Shown piece by piece: positions 58,969 to 64,000 of a stretch of 64,000 bases of DNA. Source of the DNA: a virus. The position numbers and the translations under genes were made by a program. The stretch covers positions 1 through 64,000 of IMG/VR virus record IMGVR_UViG_3300021961_000050, one strand, 5' to 3'. Positions within the stretch are counted from its first letter, which is position 1, and each line of letters begins with the position of its first letter. The notes beneath the pieces are model-generated. The model was not told where the DNA came from and made no database searches. It saw nothing but the letters and a program-made list of their open reading frames with translations.

Positions 58969-60362
58969 TGAGTGAAAAATCAAAATTTATGGCTTCCGCA
59001 GAGGATATGAAAGATCGTTTAGGAACGGCTCTCTGTTTGGCTAAATGGCAACAGGTCAGTCTACATCTTACCACAGGCATGACCAACTCATGCTATCATC
59101 CACCATTACACGAAATTGATCCTAGTGTGATTGAAATTAAACCAGCGGCCTTGCATAATACAGAACATAAAAAACAACAGCGTAAAAAAATGTTAGCAGG
59201 TGATCGACCCAAGGAGTGTAACTACTGCTGGCACATGGAGGATGCTGGACATTTAAGTGATCGTCATTATCGCTCAGGTGAACCATGGGCTTTAGAACAC
59301 TTTGACTCTATTGTCAATAGTCCATGGGACCAAGATGCTACTCCCAGTTATGTAGAAGTTAACTTTAATCATGCCTGTCAAATGGCCTGTAGTTATTGTT
59401 CACCACAGTATTCAACAGAATGGGGTAAAGACATAGAACGCTGGGGTGCTTACCCCACGTCAACACCACATAACGCACCTGAACATTTTCAAGGAAGACG
59501 CAAGCCTATACCTAACAGAGAACATAATCCCTATGTAGAAGCATTTTGGAAATGGTGGCCTGAATTATACGGATCATTGAAACATTTTCGTATGACAGGT
59601 GGCGAGCCCTTAATGGATAAGAATACATACAAAGTTTTTGATTATATTCTAACTTTACCTAAAAAAGATCTGCACGTTGATGTAACATCAAACTTTTCAG
59701 TAGAACCTAAACTGTTTAATCAATACATTAACAAAGTCAAAGAACTCTGTACAGATGAAAAGATTGAACACTTTATGCAGTATGTAAGTATAGACACAGG
59801 TATACCTAATCATGCTGAATACATCAGACACGGACTCCAATGGCAAAGATTTGAAACATATATTCATCAGTACTTAACCAGAGTACCTAATAGAAACAGT
59901 TTAACTTTTATTGTTACTCTAAATAATTTAAGTATACTAGGTCTACAAAGATTGCTTGAAAATATTTTAGAATATCGTAAACTATACAGTGAAAACTATC
60001 AACGCATTTGGTTTGATACTCCAGTACTACGTACACCAAATTGGCAGAGTCTACAGATATTACCACCAACGTATAGTAAGATATTAGAAAAAACCATTCA
60101 ATGGATGAAACTTCATCGCTTAGAAGAAGGATCTAATAATTTTGTTGGATTTAAAGATTATGAAATTCAAAGATTAGAAAGAGATCTTACTTGGATGCAA
60201 CGTGGTAAAAAACTCACTAAAGACTATCTACATAAACAAAGAGCAGACTTCTATAGATTCTTTAATGAATATGACAAACGTAGAAACATTAGTTTTGAAG
60301 ATACCTTTCCACAAATGAAAGATTTTTGGCAGGAGTGTAAATGGCATGCAGAAAATTCATGA
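58968..60362 (+). CDS. Radical SAM protein, N-terminal auxiliary Cys/His cluster
   Basis: CLAKW..SCYHP..CNYCW, then CQMACSYC and TGGEPLM. Start at 58968 (TAATG overlap) preferred over 58926. Confidence 0.9.
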   Translation: MSEKSKFMASAEDMKDRLGTALCLAKWQQVSLHLTTGMTNSCYHPPLHEIDPSVIEIKPAALHNTEHKKQQRKKMLAGDRPKECNYCWHMEDAGHLSDRHYRSGEPWALEHFDSIVNSPWDQDATPSYVEVNFNHACQMACSYCSPQYSTEWGKDIERWGAYPTSTPHNAPEHFQGRRKPIPNREHNPYVEAFWKWWPELYGSLKHFRMTGGEPLMDKNTYKVFDYILTLPKKDLHVDVTSNFSVEPKLFNQYINKVKELCTDEKIEHFMQYVSIDTGIPNHAEYIRHGLQWQRFETYIHQYLTRVPNRNSLTFIVTLNNLSILGLQRLLENILEYRKLYSENYQRIWFDTPVLRTPNWQSLQILPPTYSKILEKTIQWMKLHRLEEGSNNFVGFKDYEIQRLERDLTWMQRGKKLTKDYLHKQRADFYRFFNEYDKRRNISFEDTFPQMKDFWQECKWHAENS

Positions 60363-60501
60363 CAATACCTGCCCAGCATTTTTTAATGACGCTACAATAG
60401 ATCCTTCTGGTTCTTATAGTCCTTGTACTGCTTTAGGCGGTGGAGCATTTAAATTTCCTAATAAAACATTTAAAGAATTTAGTAAACTTTTAGATATTTA
60501 A
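60346..60501 (+). pseudogene. Internally deleted remnant of a radical SAM paralogue
   Basis: 51 aa: MQKIHDNTCPAFFNDATIDPSGSYSPCTALGGGAFKFPNKTFKEFSKLLDI*. It resembles the N-terminal C-P-x-x-F...G...PC start of the neighbouring paralogues joined to a C-terminal-like tail. Confidence 0.55.
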
Positions 60502-60505
60502 GAGA

Positions 60506-61852
60506 ATGCCAAAATTAGCCAACGAAACAGATTTAGAATATAAACGCAGAGTTATAGATATCAAGTCAGAATCATTCTGTGGAGCCAAATGGTATAACGC
60601 TACCATATGGTTAGGATCAGGCATGACTACCAGTTGTCATCATCCCTTACCACATGCCATTGATGTTAAACAAATAGAATTTAATCCCAAGGCCATACAC
60701 AACACTGTTGAAAAGAAAGAGCAACGCAGACAGATGCAGGTGGGAGAAAGACCAGCAGGCTGTGAATACTGTTGGAAAATTGAGGACATGGGCACTGATA
60801 AGATATCAGACCGTGTAGATAAAACCGTAATTTATACAGATGGAGAATTAGATGAAGCGTTCCAAAAAGATTACAGAGAAGACGTCAACCTACGAACTTT
60901 GGAAATTGCTTTTGATCGCACTTGCCAGCTGGCCTGTAGTTACTGCAATCCTGCTTTTTCCAGTACTTGGGCTAGAGATATCAAGCGGCAAGGCCCATAT
61001 AACGGACTCATTAGTGATGGTCGTAATCATTTCACACATACTCATACTAGCAGTCAACTTTTTAGCATTAACGATCACAATCCATATATTGACGCATTCT
61101 TCAAGTGGTGGGAAACAGACCTCCACAAAACACTAACTGAGTTACGTATAACAGGCGGTGAACCCTTGATGTCAGGATATACTTGGCAACTGTTTGATTG
61201 GTTTAAGGCAAATAGAGGGCAGTCAAAGACACGTATTGCTATTAATAGTAATCTAGCATTTGAACAAGATAAAATAGATAGACTGTTAGAAGCCGCAAAA
61301 GATGTTGAACTAGACATATACACATCATGTGAAGCAACATTTGAACGAGCAGAATATATTCGTGATGGATTAGATTATAACCAATGGTTCAACAATGTTG
61401 AATATTTGTTAGAAAGTAAAAAACTTAGAGGCCTACATGTGATGTGTACTATCAATAGTTTATGTTTAATCAGTTTGCCTAACTTCCTAAGACATATTAT
61501 ATATCTAAAGAAAAAGTACGGGCAAGATGCAATTAACTTTACTCTAAATATCCTACGCTTTCCTAGTTTCCAGTCACCATTGGTATTACCTAAAGAGTTT
61601 AGACAGGCACAGGCTAATAGACTAGGTATTGTTTTACACAACTATAGCGAACATTTACACGAGTTTGAACGAAATCACATAGAACGATTAATAGATTATT
61701 TAGAACTAGTAGACAAACCACATGCAGATGCTTTTGAAGAAAAGAAACTGACGCACGATTTTAAACAGTTTTATCAACAATATGACGAACGTAGAGGTAA
61801 AAACTTTCAAGAAACGTTTCCTGAACTAAAAGATTGGTATAAAACCTTATGA
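60506..61852 (+). CDS. Radical SAM protein, N-terminal auxiliary Cys/His cluster
   Basis: FCGAKW..SCHHP..CEYCW, then CQLACSYC and TGGEPLM; close paralogue of 58968..60362. Confidence 0.9.
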   Translation: MPKLANETDLEYKRRVIDIKSESFCGAKWYNATIWLGSGMTTSCHHPLPHAIDVKQIEFNPKAIHNTVEKKEQRRQMQVGERPAGCEYCWKIEDMGTDKISDRVDKTVIYTDGELDEAFQKDYREDVNLRTLEIAFDRTCQLACSYCNPAFSSTWARDIKRQGPYNGLISDGRNHFTHTHTSSQLFSINDHNPYIDAFFKWWETDLHKTLTELRITGGEPLMSGYTWQLFDWFKANRGQSKTRIAINSNLAFEQDKIDRLLEAAKDVELDIYTSCEATFERAEYIRDGLDYNQWFNNVEYLLESKKLRGLHVMCTINSLCLISLPNFLRHIIYLKKKYGQDAINFTLNILRFPSFQSPLVLPKEFRQAQANRLGIVLHNYSEHLHEFERNHIERLIDYLELVDKPHADAFEEKKLTHDFKQFYQQYDERRGKNFQETFPELKDWYKTL

Positions 61853-63165
61853 GTGATAAAGAAAAAGATTACTATAAAAATTATAACTACAATGATCGTA
61901 AGCCTATATATATTAACGATAGCGAGTTAAGATCTGATCAATTGGAAAGACTAACAGAAAGTAAAGTTTTTTGTTTAATTCCGTGGATTCATTTACATGC
62001 TTTTCCAGATGGTCGTGCTTATCCCTGTTGTCTCAGTGATATGAATCTTCCAATTGGCAATTTAAAAAAAGACACTATGAAAACTGTTTGGAATGGCGAC
62101 CCTTACAAAAACATGCGTAAAAATATGCTTGAAGAACAACCTTGTAAAGAATGTACCAAATGTTATGAACAAGAGCAAAGTGGTTTTATGAGTATGCGTA
62201 ATTCAGCCAACAAAAACTTTGGTCAACATATTGGTTTAGTAGACAACACAAAAGAAGATGGCACCTATGAAGATTTTAAAATTAGATACTACGACATCAG
62301 ATTTAGTAATTTGTGTAATATGAGTTGTCGTACTTGTGGTAGTCTCTTTAGTAGTAGTTGGTATAATGAAGAAACTAAATTGTTTGGTCCTAGGAATCAT
62401 CCACAGATCATGTATGCCGGTCGTACTGAAATGGATATGTGGGAGCAGATGCAAGAACATATACCCTATGTAGAGCAAATTTACTTTGCTGGTGGCGAAC
62501 CATTGATCATGGAAGAACACTATAGAGTTCTTAAAGAGCTGGTAAGGTTAGAAAGATTTGATGTTAGACTAATTTACAATACAAATTTTAGTAGACTTAA
62601 TCTTAAAGATGAAGATGTTTTAGATTATTGGAGTATGTTTGACAGTGTCAGTGTTGGCGCCAGTTTAGATGCTATGGGTGATCGTGCTGAGTATATTCGT
62701 AAAGGTACACGTTGGGATGAAATTGTTGAAAATAGAAAACGCATGATTGAAAAATGTCCTAAAGTAGATTTTTATATAAGTTCAACAGTGAGTATCTATA
62801 ACGCATTTCATGTCAGTGATTTTCATAGAGAATGGGTTAACCAAGGATTAATACAACCACAAGATTGGAATATTAATATTTTACAATTTTCTGACAGAGA
62901 TAGAATAGATGTGTTACCAAAAAACTATAAATTAGAATTAACTAAAAAAATTACAGACCATATCGCGTGGTTAGAACCACTTGACAAACTTAATAGAGCT
63001 ACAAACGGTTATAGAAGTATGTTAAATTTTTTAAATCAAGAAGACAAACAACATCTACTAGCAGAATTTTTTAGAATCAATGATAAAATGGATGTCTATA
63101 GAAAAGAAAGATTTGCACAGGTGTTTCCTGAGTACAAGGATTTAAGAACTTATGTCATTGCCTGA
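61849..63165 (+). CDS. Radical SAM protein with N-terminal SPASM/Twitch-like domain
   Basis: FCLIPW..GRAYPCC..CTKC, then CNMSCRTC, AGGEPL, YNTN and ASLD. Confidence 0.9.
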   Translation: MSDKEKDYYKNYNYNDRKPIYINDSELRSDQLERLTESKVFCLIPWIHLHAFPDGRAYPCCLSDMNLPIGNLKKDTMKTVWNGDPYKNMRKNMLEEQPCKECTKCYEQEQSGFMSMRNSANKNFGQHIGLVDNTKEDGTYEDFKIRYYDIRFSNLCNMSCRTCGSLFSSSWYNEETKLFGPRNHPQIMYAGRTEMDMWEQMQEHIPYVEQIYFAGGEPLIMEEHYRVLKELVRLERFDVRLIYNTNFSRLNLKDEDVLDYWSMFDSVSVGASLDAMGDRAEYIRKGTRWDEIVENRKRMIEKCPKVDFYISSTVSIYNAFHVSDFHREWVNQGLIQPQDWNINILQFSDRDRIDVLPKNYKLELTKKITDHIAWLEPLDKLNRATNGYRSMLNFLNQEDKQHLLAEFFRINDKMDVYRKERFAQVFPEYKDLRTYVIA

Positions 63166-64000
63166 TAAGATCTGTATGTTACCTTGGATATCAATGGAAA
63201 CGTCTCCAATTGGTACAGCACGACCTTGTTGTCTGGCCACAGATGAAATTACACAGTCTGATGGAGAAAAATTTAATCTTAGAGAACACACTTTAGAAGA
63301 AATATACCACAGTGACTATATGAAAGATCTTAGACAGCAGTTCTTAGATGGTAAACAACCTAAGACATGCCAACGTTGTTGGAGTGAAGAAGCCGCTGGT
63401 CGCACATCAAAGCGTATGAACAGTCGCATTCGTCTCAAAGAGTATTACAATCAAATTAATTGGACAGATACTAATCCTGATCAACTATGGTTCCTTGATC
63501 TTAAACTAGGTAACATCTGTAATTTAAAATGTCGTATTTGCGGATCATGGTCAAGTTCAAAATGGGCTAAAGAAGAAATAGACTATGTACCTGATCTTAA
63601 AGATCGTAAAGAGCACCTTGCTTATAAATTTTTACAGGCGGGTAGTTGGCCAAGAGAGAATCCAGACTTTTGGCTAAACATGAATACCCTATTACCTAAT
63701 ATCAAATACTTAGAGTTTACTGGCGGCGAGCCATTTCTAATACAACAGCACTTTGACTTTTTAAAAACGGCTGTAAGAACAGGACACGCAGAACATATTG
63801 AAATACATTACAATACCAACGGCACACAGTTTCCAGAAGATAGAGATCTATGGAAAGAGTTTAAACATGTTGAAATAGCATTTTCAATTGACAACACTGA
63901 ACAGCGTTTTGAATATGAACGTTATGGTGCAGATTGGAATGAAGTGCAGAATAATATTAAACGATTTAATGACATGCGTGGACCTAAACTGAGCACACAA
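63152..64000 (+). CDS. Radical SAM protein with N-terminal SPASM/Twitch-like domain, truncated by the window end
   Basis: Not in the ORF track. MSLPDKICMLPWISMETSPIGTARPCC...CQRCW...LGNICNLKCRIC...TGGEPF...YNTNGT...FSID; open to position 64000. Confidence 0.88.
   Translation, partial: MSLPDKICMLPWISMETSPIGTARPCCLATDEITQSDGEKFNLREHTLEEIYHSDYMKDLRQQFLDGKQPKTCQRCWSEEAAGRTSKRMNSRIRLKEYYNQINWTDTNPDQLWFLDLKLGNICNLKCRICGSWSSSKWAKEEIDYVPDLKDRKEHLAYKFLQAGSWPRENPDFWLNMNTLLPNIKYLEFTGGEPFLIQQHFDFLKTAVRTGHAEHIEIHYNTNGTQFPEDRDLWKEFKHVEIAFSIDNTEQRFEYERYGADWNEVQNNIKRFNDMRGPKLSTQ

Overview
This window is part of an AT-rich, T4-like (myovirus-type, probably large or jumbo) bacteriophage genome that reads in the standard genetic code. 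A minus-strand block (1-12.7 kb) holds fibre and virion genes, the major capsid protein (gp23), scaffold (gp22), prohead protease (gp21), portal (gp20) and a tape-measure-like gene. The middle region (12.8-23 kb) has a gp26-like gene with an apparent -1 frameshift extension, a small membrane protein, a sulfotransferase-like gene, an unannotated ~350-430 nt highly structured non-coding segment just downstream of a GIY-YIG nuclease, a histone-like protein, radical SAM and SDR genes, gp46, gp47 and the late sigma factor gp55. A plus-strand baseplate/tail block (23-53 kb) contains gp53-, gp5-, gp25- and gp6-like genes, a 4515-aa giant protein and fibres. From 53.3 kb an operon of glycosyltransferase-like, SGNH-like and tandem radical SAM genes runs off the window end. 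The main leads are the large structured RNA behind the GIY-YIG gene, the slippery-site frameshift at the end of gp26, the radical SAM/glycosyltransferase array, and regulatory logic (leaderless starts, overlapping early and late promoters at gp55). All product calls come from motif recognition by eye; no database search was run.
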